Source: Octopus bimaculoides
Taxonomy: Eukaryota
DNA: 35,276 nt
Assembly (NCBI RefSeq): GCF_001194135.2
Contig: NC_068982.1
Coordinates: 9,955,610 to 9,990,885 of the forward strand
Reading direction: 5' to 3'
In this document: one piece after another, positions 10,967 through 21,733 of the stretch
Layout of the letters: each line of letters starts with the position of its first letter
Position numbering within the stretch: the first letter of the stretch is position 1
Notes under the pieces: model-generated
What the model was told of the DNA's origin: nothing
Database searches by the model: none
Seen by the model: the letters and a program-made list of their open reading frames with translations, nothing else
Position numbers and translations under genes: made by a program

Positions 10967-11136
10967 AGGTGCAGGTGTGGCTGTGTGGTAAGCAGTTTGC
11001 TTCCCAGCCACATGATTCCAGATTCTGTTCCACTGCTTGGTATCTTGGGCAAGTGTCTTCTGTTATAGCCTTGGTCTGACCAAAGCCTTTTGAGTGGGTT
11101 TGGTAGATGGAAACTGAAAGAAGCCCATTGTGTATA

Positions 11137-11186
<50 letters not shown>

Positions 11187-11400
11187 TGTCTGTCTGTCTA
11201 TCTATGTGTCACTCTGTGTTTGTCCCTCTGCCATTGTTCGACAACCAATATTGGTGCTAACTTCCCTGAAAGCTAGCGGTTTCGGGGAAGTAAAGAGACC
11301 GATAGAATAAGTACAAGGCTTACAAAGAATAAGTCTAGGGGTCGATTTGTTTGACTAAAGCCGGTGCTCCAGCATGGCCACAGTCAAATGAGTGAACCAA

Positions 11401-11402
<2 letters not shown>
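10967..11402 (+). mobile_element. tRNA-derived SINE, family A (near full length)
   Basis: Head ggtgcaggtgtggctgtgtggtaag, cttgggcaagtgtc core, internal (GT)n, 3' ggtgctccagcatggccacagtcaaatga. Confidence 0.9.
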
Positions 11403-11445
<43 letters not shown>

Positions 11446-12399
11446 TATCTATTTATATATATAAACATACATATATACATACATACACGCATTCATATAC
11501 ACATGCATATATAACATTTGCCTCACACACCTCAATCCAATGTTACAGAAGAAGACGCATGCCAAATGTGCTCAGCAATGACATGAACTTTAGAAGTACT
11601 TGGTTACAAAGCAAACTGCATCAGCTCTTGCCAACACCCACAAGATACATGTAAACACATGTATAACTCTAGAGGCTAAATAACTGCTCTTCTCTTCCAA
11701 ATTGTCTTCCTGTATGTGCTTTTTGTCATAGCTGTCACATAAATTCTCTTGTATCCGTTATTATACCTCATCTGCTGTTTCAATTACAAAAACTAATAGG
11801 ATGTTGTTTCACCTTAGGGCATCAGCGTTAATGAGAATGAAAACAGTGATAAAGACGTGATGTATCTGCAGCTGATTGCAGCTATCAACTCACAGTTTGC
11901 TGTTGGAAAATAACAGAATACACGGAGATTATAAAAACGAATTAAAATGATATGAGCTGAAAAAAACATGTTTTAAATAGTATCTTGTCGTAATAATTTC
12001 AATTATGCAAATACAAGGTGTTTTGTTTTTTTGTTTCTTATCACCATTGGGATCCTTCCATTACCTTCTTTTCATCTTCCATAACTCCCTGAATTTCCAG
12101 ATTGAAATCTTATCAAGTATGTTTTTTTTTGTTTTTTTTTTGTATGAAAGATACTATGATATTTAACAGATGAAAATGTAAACAAAATACAAACATAAAA
12201 ATTTATATAGTAAGCACTGCAGCTATTCTATCTCAGCTTTTTTCTCTCTCTTATCTCGCAAACTCCAACACAAACATACATAAATCTCTCAGTTACTTAA
12301 GGCAATATTTTATGTCATTGTGACCTGGTTTCTCATAGCTAAACATGTCTTAGGTAGAATAATCAAATAATGGTTTTCTTCTCATAACGAATAAAATAA

Positions 12400-12685
12400 A
12401 AATAATAATTTATTTTTGGAACAATGGATCTCAAAGTACATCATGCTATAAATATTGGGTTGAAAAACACTTCTGGATAGAAAAATCCAAAGATTGACCT
12501 GGGGACACAAACTCACATCTCTTCTAGATATAATCCAATGGAAGAACACGTCATGTCTACGGGAGATGTGAGTTCATATCCAATGAGTAGCCTTAAACTT
12601 TTTTCTATCCAAAAGGGTATATATGCTATTATTCATAGCATTATGTGCTTCAAGATCTACGGATTCAGAAAAGTATTATTTCCTG
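12400..12685. repeat. Degenerate foldback palindrome
   Basis: Nested inverted matches: aactcacatctc/gagatgtgagtt, ggatagaaaaa/tttttctatcc, gatctcaaagtacatcatgcta/tagcattatgtgcttcaagatc. Confidence 0.7.
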
Positions 12686-12785
12686 TCCTCTTCAAAGTTT
12701 ATGAATGCTAATGACATCACAAAATATTGTAGTAGAGAACGATTTGAAAATTTGTGATGTTCATGCCTTTCCCAAGGATACTAGT

Positions 12786-13087
12786 TTTTTTTTGTGCGCC
12801 CTTTTATAGCGAGGCTCGTGGGCCCGATTTCTCGCTTTCTATGGCATATGTGTTCCCCCCCAAGTTGGACGGGACGCCAGTCCATCGCAGCATTACTCAA
12901 GAAACAGTGAGAGAAAGTTGGGGTGAAAGTGTACAACAGGGGTCACCACCACCTCCTGCCAGAGCCTCGTGGAGCTTTTAGGTGTTTTCGCTCAATAAAC
13001 ACACACAACACCCGGTCTGGGAATCGAAACTGCAATCCTCCAACCGCAAGTCCGCTGTCCTAACCACTGGGCCATTGCACCTCCACT
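12786..13087 (-). mobile_element. tRNA-derived SINE, family E, with poly(A) tail and 11-bp target site duplication
   Basis: TSD aggatactagt at 12775-12785 and 13088-13098; T8 at 12786-12793. Minus-strand head has A-box tggcccagtggttagg and B-box gtttcgattcc. The segment ggacgggacgccagtccatcgcag resembles the V-SINE domain as I recall it. Confidence 0.9.
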
Positions 13088-13694
13088 AGGATACTAGTAG
13101 CTGAAATAAAATATATTTGCTTCAACTACGAATCGAAAATAGTTTCTAAGGAGTCTGTCTGCCTCAAATTCAGCAAAAATATACTTTATAATTTTAAAAA
13201 ATTGTAAATTTTTCATTTGTTTTTCAATATATATTAGCATAAACCTAATTAAAAGAAAGTATTTCTTTAATTAATTTTTAATATTAATTGAATTTCAACA
13301 ATGTGGTCTAAAATTATAGTCGTTTTTACCAACACAGATATGTTTATACAAACTGCACATGTAAGCTATTAATATAAAGAGCACAAGGTAAGTTGCTATA
13401 TTAATAGCTTGCTGTCAACTCCAACTAGTACCTCCTTCCCAGTATGTAATTAATGCTGTTGTTTTCTGTAAAAGACCAATGCAGTTTGTCTTTGTGTGTT
13501 AAATGTTCGAGGGGGTTGTTTAGTTATTTCTACACACAGCCCAACAACCACAACAACAACACCCACACAACACAAACTATGAATAGGTTGTCAATCTATA
13601 CCAGATATTTCAATATAACCTGAGAGGCCATATGAACTGAGGTGAGTAGAAAAGAGTATAGTACTCAAATATAAGACAAAATACCATTACTCTA

Positions 13695-14030
13695 TTACTT
13701 ATTTCAGTCATTTGACTGCGGCCATGCTGGAGCACCGCCTTTTAGTCGAGCAAATTGACCCCAGGACTTATTCTTTGTAAGCCTAGTACTTATTCTATCA
13801 GTCTCTTTTGTCAAACCGCTAAGTTACGGGGACGTAAACACACCAGCATCGGTTATCAAGTGATGTTAGGGGGACAAACACAGACACACAAACACACAAA
13901 CACACACACACACACACATATATACGATGGGCTTCTTTCAGTTTCCATCTACTAAATCCACTCACAAGGCTTTGGTTGGCCCGAGGCTATAGTAGAAGAC
14001 ACTTGCTCAAGGTGCCACGCAGTGGGAACC
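13695..14030 (-). mobile_element. tRNA-derived SINE, family A (5'-truncated)
   Basis: ttcagtcatttgactgcggccatgctggagcaccgcc...ggtgccacgcagtggga; reverse complement of 10967-11402. Confidence 0.9.
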
Positions 14031-14272
14031 AAAACACATGAGCTGGTAATAGTTGATCTTCCAATCAAGCCAAAGACATTCCGTTTCCATTAGTTTTCCA
14101 AACTGTTGACATATCTGCCAGTTGCACCTCCTGATAGAAATGTCACTGCGTCTTGTTTAAGGCAGGATTTGAACTCAGAATATTCAAAAGTCAGATTAGA
14201 TACATCAATGCAACCTCTCTGACACCCAAACAATTCAACCAATCACTGTCTTCGATTCATATTTTCTCTGTA

Positions 14273-14390
14273 TCAACCTTGGAAGGATGAAAGGCAAAGG
14301 TGACCTCTACAAGATTTGAACTCTGAGTACAGAGGGCCAGATCAAATACTGCAAAGCATTCTATCTAACCCTCTAACAACTCTGCCAATT
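14273..14390 (-). mobile_element. Family B SINE fragment
   Basis: ggatgaaaggcaaaggtgacc...gatttgaactctgag...ctaacaactctgcca. Confidence 0.65.
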
Positions 14391-14778
14391 ACTACTTCTA
14401 CACATGAGTAAGTAAATCCTATTATATTCATTCACTTATTCTACTTATACAAAGCCCAAAGTTGTACAACATATTCTCCGCCATGTGACAAAAGCTCAAC
14501 TCTGAACATCTCTATAAAATACAAAAAAAATGGCAACTCCAGACATTATATAATACAATTCTAGTTTTACAAACAAATCTTTACAAAAGACTGAAGTGTA
14601 TATGACGATCTCAACAAGTAGTGGTATACAGTTCTGTTTGGTACCTGTTAACAGCAAAGTGAACTGGGCTTTTGACATTTCAGAATGTTTACCAGAAATA
14701 CAATTGCAGAACTGGTAACAGAACACAAACACAAGTGTCAACACTTCACTTAGAAAGAAAGCATTCCATTGTTTCCAT

Positions 14779-15329
14779 AGAAGAAGAAGAAGAAGAAGAA
14801 GAAGAAGAAGAAGAAGAAGAAGAAGAAGAAGAAGNNNNNNNNNNNNNNNNNNNNNNNNNNNNNNNNNNNNNNNNNNNNNNNNNNNNNNNNNNNNNNNNNN
14901 NNNNNNNNNNNNNNNNNNNNNNNNNNNNNNNNNNNNNNNNNNNNNNNNNNNNNNNNNNNNNNNNNNNNNNNNNNNNNNNNNNNNNNNNNNNNNNNNNNNN
15001 NNNNNNNNNNNNNNNNNNNNNNNNNNNNNNNNNNNNNNNNNNNNNNNNNNNNNNNNNNNNNNNNNNNNNNNNNNNNNNNNNNNNNNNNNNNNNNNNNNNN
15101 NNNNNNNNNNNNNNNNNNNNNNNNNNNNNNNNNNNNNNNNNNNNNNNNNNNNNNNNNNNNNNNNNNNNNNNNNNNNNNNNNNNNNNNNNNNNNNNNNNNN
15201 NNNNNNNNNNNNNNNNNNNNNNNNNNNNNNNNNNNNNNNNNNNNNNNNNNNNNNNNNNNNNNNNNNNNNNNNGAGAGGGAGGAGGAGGAGGAGAGGGAGG
15301 AGGAGGAGGAGAGGGAGGAGGAGAAGAAG

Positions 15330-15359
<30 letters not shown>
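14779..15359. repeat. (GAA)n and (GGA)n polypurine tract spanning a gap
   Basis: (GAA)n at 14779-14834, and GGA/GAA mix at 15273-15359. Source of the poly-E/L/S/F ORFs. Confidence 0.95.
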
Positions 15360-15360
<1 letters not shown>

Positions 15361-15635
15361 CCAATAAAATACACAACCACCAACAGGATGGATACCCAAA
15401 CAGAAGAACACAACTTGCATTAGACACACAACACACAATGCAAACGCTGATACAACAAAAGACTGCAACCAGACTCCATAACAAAACAAAACTGATGCAA
15501 TACAGGACCAGGAAGAGTTTACACTCCTCCAACAAAAAAGAACACACAATGCTGGACACACCCTAGCAATACAGAGGTGGAGCAGGTGGTGCCAGAGAAA
15601 TCTGCCTGAAACTACCAAATGTATAATAATAATCC

Positions 15636-15745
15636 TTTCTACTAAAGCACAAGGCCTGAAATTTTGAGGGTGGGGAATAGTCGATTACATTGACCCCCAA
15701 GGTTTCATTGGTACTTAATTTATCGACCTTGAAAGAATGACAGGG
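15636..15745 (-). mobile_element. Family B SINE 3' fragment
   Basis: gcacaaggcctgaaattttgaggg...gtcgattacattgacccc..ggtacttaatttatcgacc; same variant as 33628-33842. Confidence 0.75.
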
Positions 15746-15756
15746 TCAATAAATTC

Positions 15757-15790
<34 letters not shown>

Positions 15791-15791
<1 letters not shown>

Positions 15792-16292
15792 TGAAGTAAC
15801 AGAGAACTGGTATGAGTATGTACCAAGTAAAGTTATGCAGGAGGATGGAAGAGTAACGATACTCTGGGACTCGGTCGGATTGTGTAATCGAACACCGTCG
15901 GCCGAATATTGTCATATTGAATAAAAGAGGCAAATAGTGTCAGATCATTGATGTAGCCATGCGAAATGACATGAATGTTGTGAGTAAAGAGGTTGAAAAA
16001 GATCACCAAGTACTCCGAATTGAAAATGGAAATGGCAAGAATTATATGGAATGCGAGAGGGCAATGTAAAAGTGATACCAGGGGTGATCGGAGCGTTTGG
16101 GCTCAATCCCATTGAAACTTCAAGATTTCTTAAGGGAACTGGAAATCGCTTGCAAGATTGATGTCTTGCAAAAAGCATCCTTATTGGGCAAAGAGCACAT
16201 CTTAAGGAAAGTATTATCTGTCTGAGGTCCTTGTTGTGACTTGACAGATGACTAAAGACTCCGGTGCATTTTTACCTACACTGTGTTGCAAA

Positions 16293-16293
<1 letters not shown>
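15791..16293 (+). mobile_element. 5'-truncated R4/Dong-like RLE non-LTR retrotransposon between (TAA)n tracts
   Basis: Frameshifted translation EVTENWYEYVPSKVMQEDGRVTILWD / VIEHRRPNIVILNKRGK*CQIIDVAMRNDMNVVSKEVE / KITKYSELKMEMARIIWN / VKVIPGVIGAFG / SIPLKLQDFLRELEIACKIDVLQKASLLGKEHILRKVLSV* (stop 16223-16225), a restriction-like endonuclease domain. (TAA)n at 15757-15790 and 16294-16343. Confidence 0.9.
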
Positions 16294-16343
<50 letters not shown>

Positions 16344-16479
16344 GTGATGATGTTAAAATTTGTTCTAAATCGCTTTGGAAATTGGAAATGTCTTGGTTTC
16401 CACTAATATTGAAAATGTTTGGTGGCTTTTATTTAAAATACTAAAGAGCAAAATAATGTCACCCTTCAACACCAACTTT

Positions 16480-17100
16480 AAACAGACCAGAGCAAGCACC
16501 TACAAATGACAATGGGTGTTTGACATAACTTTACAAGTTAGCAATGCTTGGACACTGAAAGAGTATGTGCAGCATAGTTTCATTGCTTTTCACCCATTTT
16601 GCAGTCCTGCCTAGCAGTGTTTCCATGCCTGTAGAGTTTATCACAAACCTACCAAGGAGCACTAGTAAGCCAGAGGTTTTTGGAAGTTATTCATTGTAGT
16701 CCCCAGCGCAAAAGTCCTTTGAAACAGACCAGCTTGTTGATCCTCATCGATACCAAGAATTTTCACAAGAATGTCATCACTCTTACCCATCACTAGATCT
16801 CTATATACTGTGCCAGCACCAACCACACTGTCCAACTGGTAGAGGGCAGGCAGCACTTGATGACATTCCAGGTGCCAGACTCTGATCTTTTATCGACTCA
16901 GGACTGCAACTTTATCAAAGTGATGAGCTGTGGAAAAATATATCTTACAAATGGAGACCACACCTGCTCAATGTCCAGGAAAATCTGCAGGTTGTACAGC
17001 CTCGATGCATGTCCATGCATTAGCAGCCATGACATTCAGAACCTACATACCAGCAGATGCTGGCACAAGATGGACTGCATGAGCAGTGGATAGCATCCTT
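16480..17100 (-). mobile_element. Decayed Tx1/L1-clade LINE ORF2 C-terminal fragment
   Basis: Minus-strand frames give YRDLVMGKSDDILVKILGIDEDQQAGLFQRTFALGTTMNNFQKPLAY*C / VCDKLYRHGN / NETMLHILFQCPSIANL, the ET..H.L..CP zinc-knuckle region. Several stops and frameshifts. Confidence 0.7.
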
Positions 17101-17643
17101 TGCACAGGAATTAGAATAGATGTTATTCTAAACTTTCCAAATGTTCAGAGGTACTTTCTTCTTGCTCCATTTCAGAGTGTGTCCCACATAAAATGGATAA
17201 AACAACTAAATTAAAATATAAGGGTTTATTCTACAGATTAGAGAACACCAACAGAAGAAAGAAAATGATTTAAAATGTAGATAAGGTGAAAACAAGTGAA
17301 GTTAATGACCACATCAATATGGCTATTTGATGTTTCTACAGTTTTAAACCCCAGGCTGATCTTCTGCCAACTGGTTATAAGTGCAGGCTGCACTCTGTTT
17401 ATGTTACAAGCAGGGGAACAAACCCACAGAAAAATATCTCTTTTCCACTCATGCACACATACACACACACATTTCACCTTTGCAATAATTACATATTGAG
17501 TACTTCATTGAATAACGTTTTCCCAGAATCACAATTGTGAATAGCTTATATGTAGTTGAGTACATACATAGATACGTATGCGTTTGTGTGCATGTATCTA
17601 TGTATGCATACTAGTTTGTTAGTCTGTATGAGTAAATGCATAC

Positions 17644-17729
<86 letters not shown>

Positions 17730-18134
17730 GCAACAAGAAGCAAAATCTCAAAGCTATGTCTAAAGAAAAGTGATAAAGTAAACACATTTATGGTCAATAT
17801 CTGGCAAACCTAAACAGGACTGAAATAAATGTGAAACGAAGCCAAAAATGTCAAATGAGTCTCTTCTGAAAACTTGTCTGTGCTCGTCTAAAGATGGAAG
17901 ATTTTATAATTAATCATTGCAAAATACCTGATAGTTCTCTTGAAAAACTATCTTCAATATATAACCAATTCAGTGGCAGCCAATAATTTATTCCTGTCTT
18001 TTATTCTTTGGCTTGCCTTCTGGAGAAAGGGAAGTGTCTCAGATTTTTTGTCTTTTTTCTTTTGCCAGAGAGCCATGAAATGGCATATTCTTGGATTGTT
18101 AGAATGTTTCTTTGAAATGTTTAATTCATATATA

Positions 18135-18233
18135 TATTCACCTGATGAAAACACTTTTCCATTTTTCATTTTTGCATGATGTAATAATCCTATTCATCAA
18201 TAAAAACCATGTCTGAAACAGCTGTAGTGAGTG
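18135..18233 (+). ncRNA. Type I hammerhead motif with intact core and long stem II, third family
   Basis: UAUUCAC-CUGAUGA-[66 nt]-GAAAC-AGCU-GUA-GUGAGUG. Stem I 7 bp (2 G-U), ACAGCUGU palindromic stem III, GUA triplet. Stem II closes with aaaca/ugucu (one A-C mismatch) and has an inner ugaug/cauca helix. Confidence 0.7.
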
Positions 18234-18505
18234 AACCACTGTCCATCTGTTGCTATTTGTTTATTATTCACCTTACTCATCACCTGCAATTGGCGTAGAT
18301 CTGGAGTTTACTGAGTGCAGACAATTGGTGCAGTGTTTGTACCCAGGGTGCAGACAGATGTTTGTAATCACACATGCAACTGGAATATAAATTTGTGATT
18401 ACTTTGCTACTCTAATTATCGTTTAGCATATGATAATGATTTCATTGACCCAGCCTGGGTGCTTTACTATTTAAGGAGATGATTCACTTGAAACCTGACC
18501 CATAG

Positions 18506-18665
18506 AATGGGCTTCTATCAGTTTCCATCTACTAAACCCACTCACAAGGCTTTGGTTGGCCTGAGGCCATAGTAGATGATACCAGCCCAGGGTTCCACAC
18601 AGTGGGACTGAACCGAGAATCATGTGGTTGGGAAGCAAGCTTCTTACCACATAGCCATGCTTGCT
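18506..18665 (-). mobile_element. Family A SINE 5' half
   Basis: gggcttctatcagtttccatctac...gtgggactgaacc...cttcttaccacatagccatgc. Confidence 0.85.
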
Positions 18666-19327
18666 CTTAATTGACTACTTCTTTCAGAATGTTTAGTCTT
18701 GGCCAAGTTATAGCACACACACACACACACACACATATATAATGTTGATGATATCAGAGTGGAAGTCATGGTTACAATGAGAACAGTGACAACAAGATGA
18801 TGAAGATGAAGTTACAAACAGATGGTAAATCAGAGAAAGCTACCCAGACATTGCTACCAGAAAACAAATTAAGAAAAGAATGTCTTCTTGTCAGCATGTT
18901 AATCTTGTCTTTTCTGATGAGAACATTATTCTCAAAGAAGTCAAGAATGTATCAACATAAAGACAAACGAAACGCCATTAACCATTTTGTCCAATGTGCT
19001 AACGATCCTACCAGGTCACTGCTTTAATGATAACAACAACAATAAAGATTCTTTTATTGGTAACAAGGACCGAAGGCATTGAAGCCAATATGAAAAAAAA
19101 ATGAATAACACTCATTTTTTTAATTTTTGCCACAAGAATGATGAAGTGTTCAACAGGACAAGTTATAAAGATGGTTAGGATGCGGTTTGCAGAATTGATT
19201 ACAAGGAAAAAACAGAAAACGAAGGATGGAACATAAAAGTATACAGAAGGAATGACATGAGACATAAGAGGACAATGGCCTTGGGTCAATCAAATGACTT
19301 CACAGATGTATCATTACCTTGTATTAA

Positions 19328-19539
19328 ACTTTTTGCATTTAGATTACTCTGTCAAATGAAATACTTATTTATTCATATTGTTTTGAATTAATCATACATT
19401 ATCTCATAGTTTTGAGATTTTGATGTTGTGAGCGTTTATTTTTAGAATGGCACCGTAGGGAAGTGCAAAGGGCTGATTGGGATGTCAAAGCAAGAAGAAT
19501 ATTTGGGGGCCAGATATGGCTCCTTTAAACACTAAAGGT
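19328..19539 (-). mobile_element. piggyBac-type MITE (tandem copy 1)
   Basis: TTAA at 19324-19327 and 19540-19543; reverse-complement homologue of 3223-3446. Confidence 0.8.
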
Positions 19540-19543
19540 TTAA

Positions 19544-20363
19544 TCCTTTAGCATTCAGATTACTCTATCAAATTTAATGTTCATTTATTCATATTATTTT
19601 GAAATAATCGTGCATTATCTCAAAGCTTCAGGGTTTTCATGATGGGATTATAATGTGGTGTGGAAGAAAGAAAGTTGTGAATCTAGTCGAGTTAATGGTT
19701 CCTCATGAAAATAACATGGATGCCGCTCAGGCTCAAAAGATTGACCGTTATCTAAATATCCTTGAGGAATGTGAAGACACAGGCTGGAAAGCAGAGCATT
19801 TTCGAATTGAAGTCAGATGTAGAGGATTCATTAAACACAGTGTGAGGTGACTGTTGTTATCGTAAGGCTTAATGCATCGCAAAGTAAATACCACCAAGAA
19901 CGATATCCAAATTACAGTGGAAAGGACTAGCCACTGGATTTTGTTAAAAAGCAATGATGAGCAATGGCTAGAAGAATATTGAGCTATTTGATAACCAGTT
20001 GATCTAGCAAGTGGGGCCTCATGTCAGTGACTGGGGGGGGNNNNNNNNNNNNNNNNNNNNNNNNNNNNNNNNNNNNNNNNNNNNNNNNNNNNNNNNNNNN
20101 NNNNNNGGGGGGGGGGCAAGTGCACAATGATGCTGTCGCGAGGTAGGCTCTGAAATGGCACGCATTCTCTCCTGATGACCCCATACACTTGCTGGCTTTC
20201 AGTATGCGAAGCTTTCGACAGGTAACACTTACATGTGCAAGCTGTTTGCAAAACATCTAGCATAACATGGCAAGGTATGTGTAAGAGGCTGGATCTAGCT
20301 AGTTTGAATAAAAAACAGGTAAAAATATTTGGGTCATATATGGCTGGTTTAAATGCTAAAGTT
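19544..20363 (-). mobile_element. piggyBac-type MITE (tandem copy 2), split by a retrotransposon insertion
   Basis: First half 19544 to about 19646; second half about 20256-20363, ending aaatgctaaagtt-TTAA (20364-20367). The two halves together are collinear with copy 1. Confidence 0.75.
19647..20255 (+). mobile_element. 5'-truncated HERO-like RLE non-LTR retrotransposon
   Basis: IIMWCGRKKVVNLVELMVPHENNMDAAQAQKIDRYLNILEECEDTGWKAEHFRIEVRCRGFIKHSVR*LLLS*GLMHRKV...TVERTSHWILLKSNDEQWLEEY* (stop 19980-19982). Matches the VELTVPWE..K..KY..L...C...GW....VEVGCRGF pattern. The assignment of the post-gap part is inferred from the split MITE. Confidence 0.8.
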
Positions 20364-20446
20364 TTAAGGGAATGAGCTCCCTCCACATTACGCTGTCTGG
20401 CCTGCAGGTATGCCAGTGATTTATTAAACAGATGTAAAACCACAAG

Positions 20447-20676
20447 GCAGTGAGCTGGCAGAAACGTTAGCACTCTGGGTGAAATGTTTAGTGGTATTTC
20501 ATCTGCTGCTACGTTCCGAGTTCAAATTCTGCCGAGGTCGACTTTTCCTTTCATCGTTTCGGGGTCGATAAATTAAGTACCAGTTACGCACTGGGATCGA
20601 TATGATCGACTTAATCCTTTTGTCTGTCCTTGTTTGTCCCCTCTATGTTTAACCCCTTGTGGGCAATAAAGAAATA
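20447..20676 (+). mobile_element. Young full-length family B SINE with 17-bp TSD
   Basis: Perfect TSD agatgtaaaaccacaag at 20430-20446 and 20677-20693. tRNA-like head with gagttcaaattc B-box. The core ggtcgacttttcctttcatcgtttcggggtcgataaattaagtaccag resembles the Deu/Nin SINE domain as I recall it. Confidence 0.93.
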
Positions 20677-21630
20677 AGATGTAAAACCACAAGTGACAAA
20701 CAAGACTTTGAGAAGCACGAAGGTGGGTTACAGATTGTTTTTGGCCAACACAACTAGACTTATTTAAATAAAACATTCCCACCCTCCTCAACATAACCAC
20801 ACACATTAAGATGGCATGACAGTTTTGTTGTTGTTGTTGTTTATCTTATGTATTTTTGTCTAATACTAAACAATAAGTATACGTCTGGGTAGTTTACATT
20901 CAAATTGTGCCAAGATCAACTTTAACTTACATCTGTCTGGAAGATTCAATAAAATAAGTGTTAATATAAGTAGCATTAAGATGAAGTAGTGAAGACTAAA
21001 CTTTATGTATTAAGTTAGTTTTTTTGTGGGGAGATAACTGTAAGTGTTTTAATTGTTTAATTATGATTCAATGTTTGAATTGTATAGAAACCACCAGCCT
21101 TATTCAGAAAGAATAACAAGGAAACCCACTTGCCGAAAGCATTACGCTATATAAAAACAAATTATTAAAATTATTGTTATTGCAACTGTTATATTAATAG
21201 TCAACAATGAGCTTAAAGAAAAAAAAATATTTTATAAGATTTCTTAAAACCTGTAAGAAGGGGAGAAAAAATTCAATATTGGATACTTGTAGAAGATTTC
21301 TGGAAGCATCTTTTCTTGAGTTTCTTTTTCAAATAATTCATTATTCTTTGGCATTAATTCTATCCTTTAGACTATAACTTCCAGCCTCAACTGCTCTTTT
21401 AATTAACAAATGACACAATAGTCTTTATTAGAACTTTTCCCTTTTCAAACTTATCAAAGGTTAGCTATTGGTTGACTCTCTTTCTTTCCTCCATTTTTTT
21501 GTTTTTCATGGCTGCTCTTGCAGATCAATCCTCCTTTAAGCTTGGGGTGTAATCCACAAGAGATTTAGCTTTTATTGTTAGTAAGTCAAGAGATCATACA
21601 GATTCCTCTCATTCAATCATTTAAAGAAAT

Positions 21631-21730
21631 CAGTGATTCTCAACCAGGGTCACTACATGACCCTCGGGGGTCCATATAACATTCTGTTGGTAAAGTTTAT
21701 GAGCAATAAATTGCTTTATACTTCTACAAT
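21631..21730 (+). mobile_element. hAT-type MITE 5' fragment
   Basis: Begins CAGTGATTCTCAACCAGGG...ggggtccatataa; same family as 30940-31185. Confidence 0.65.
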
Positions 21731-21733
21731 ATT

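Noticed and set aside
18912-18940. CTGATGA followed by a GAGAA/TTCTC hairpin
   Set aside because: No GAAA core half or stem I; coincidental.
18780-19300. Acidic or coding-looking stretches, possible transposase remnant
   Set aside because: No diagnostic motif recognised; interrupted by stops and a SINE head fragment.
20130-20225. Hammerhead-like pieces (GUC, CUGAUGA, CAUAC/GUAUG, GAAGCUU) in the HERO-like 3' UTR
   Set aside because: A complete core cannot be built in any topology without assuming deletions. Worth revisiting only with a family consensus.
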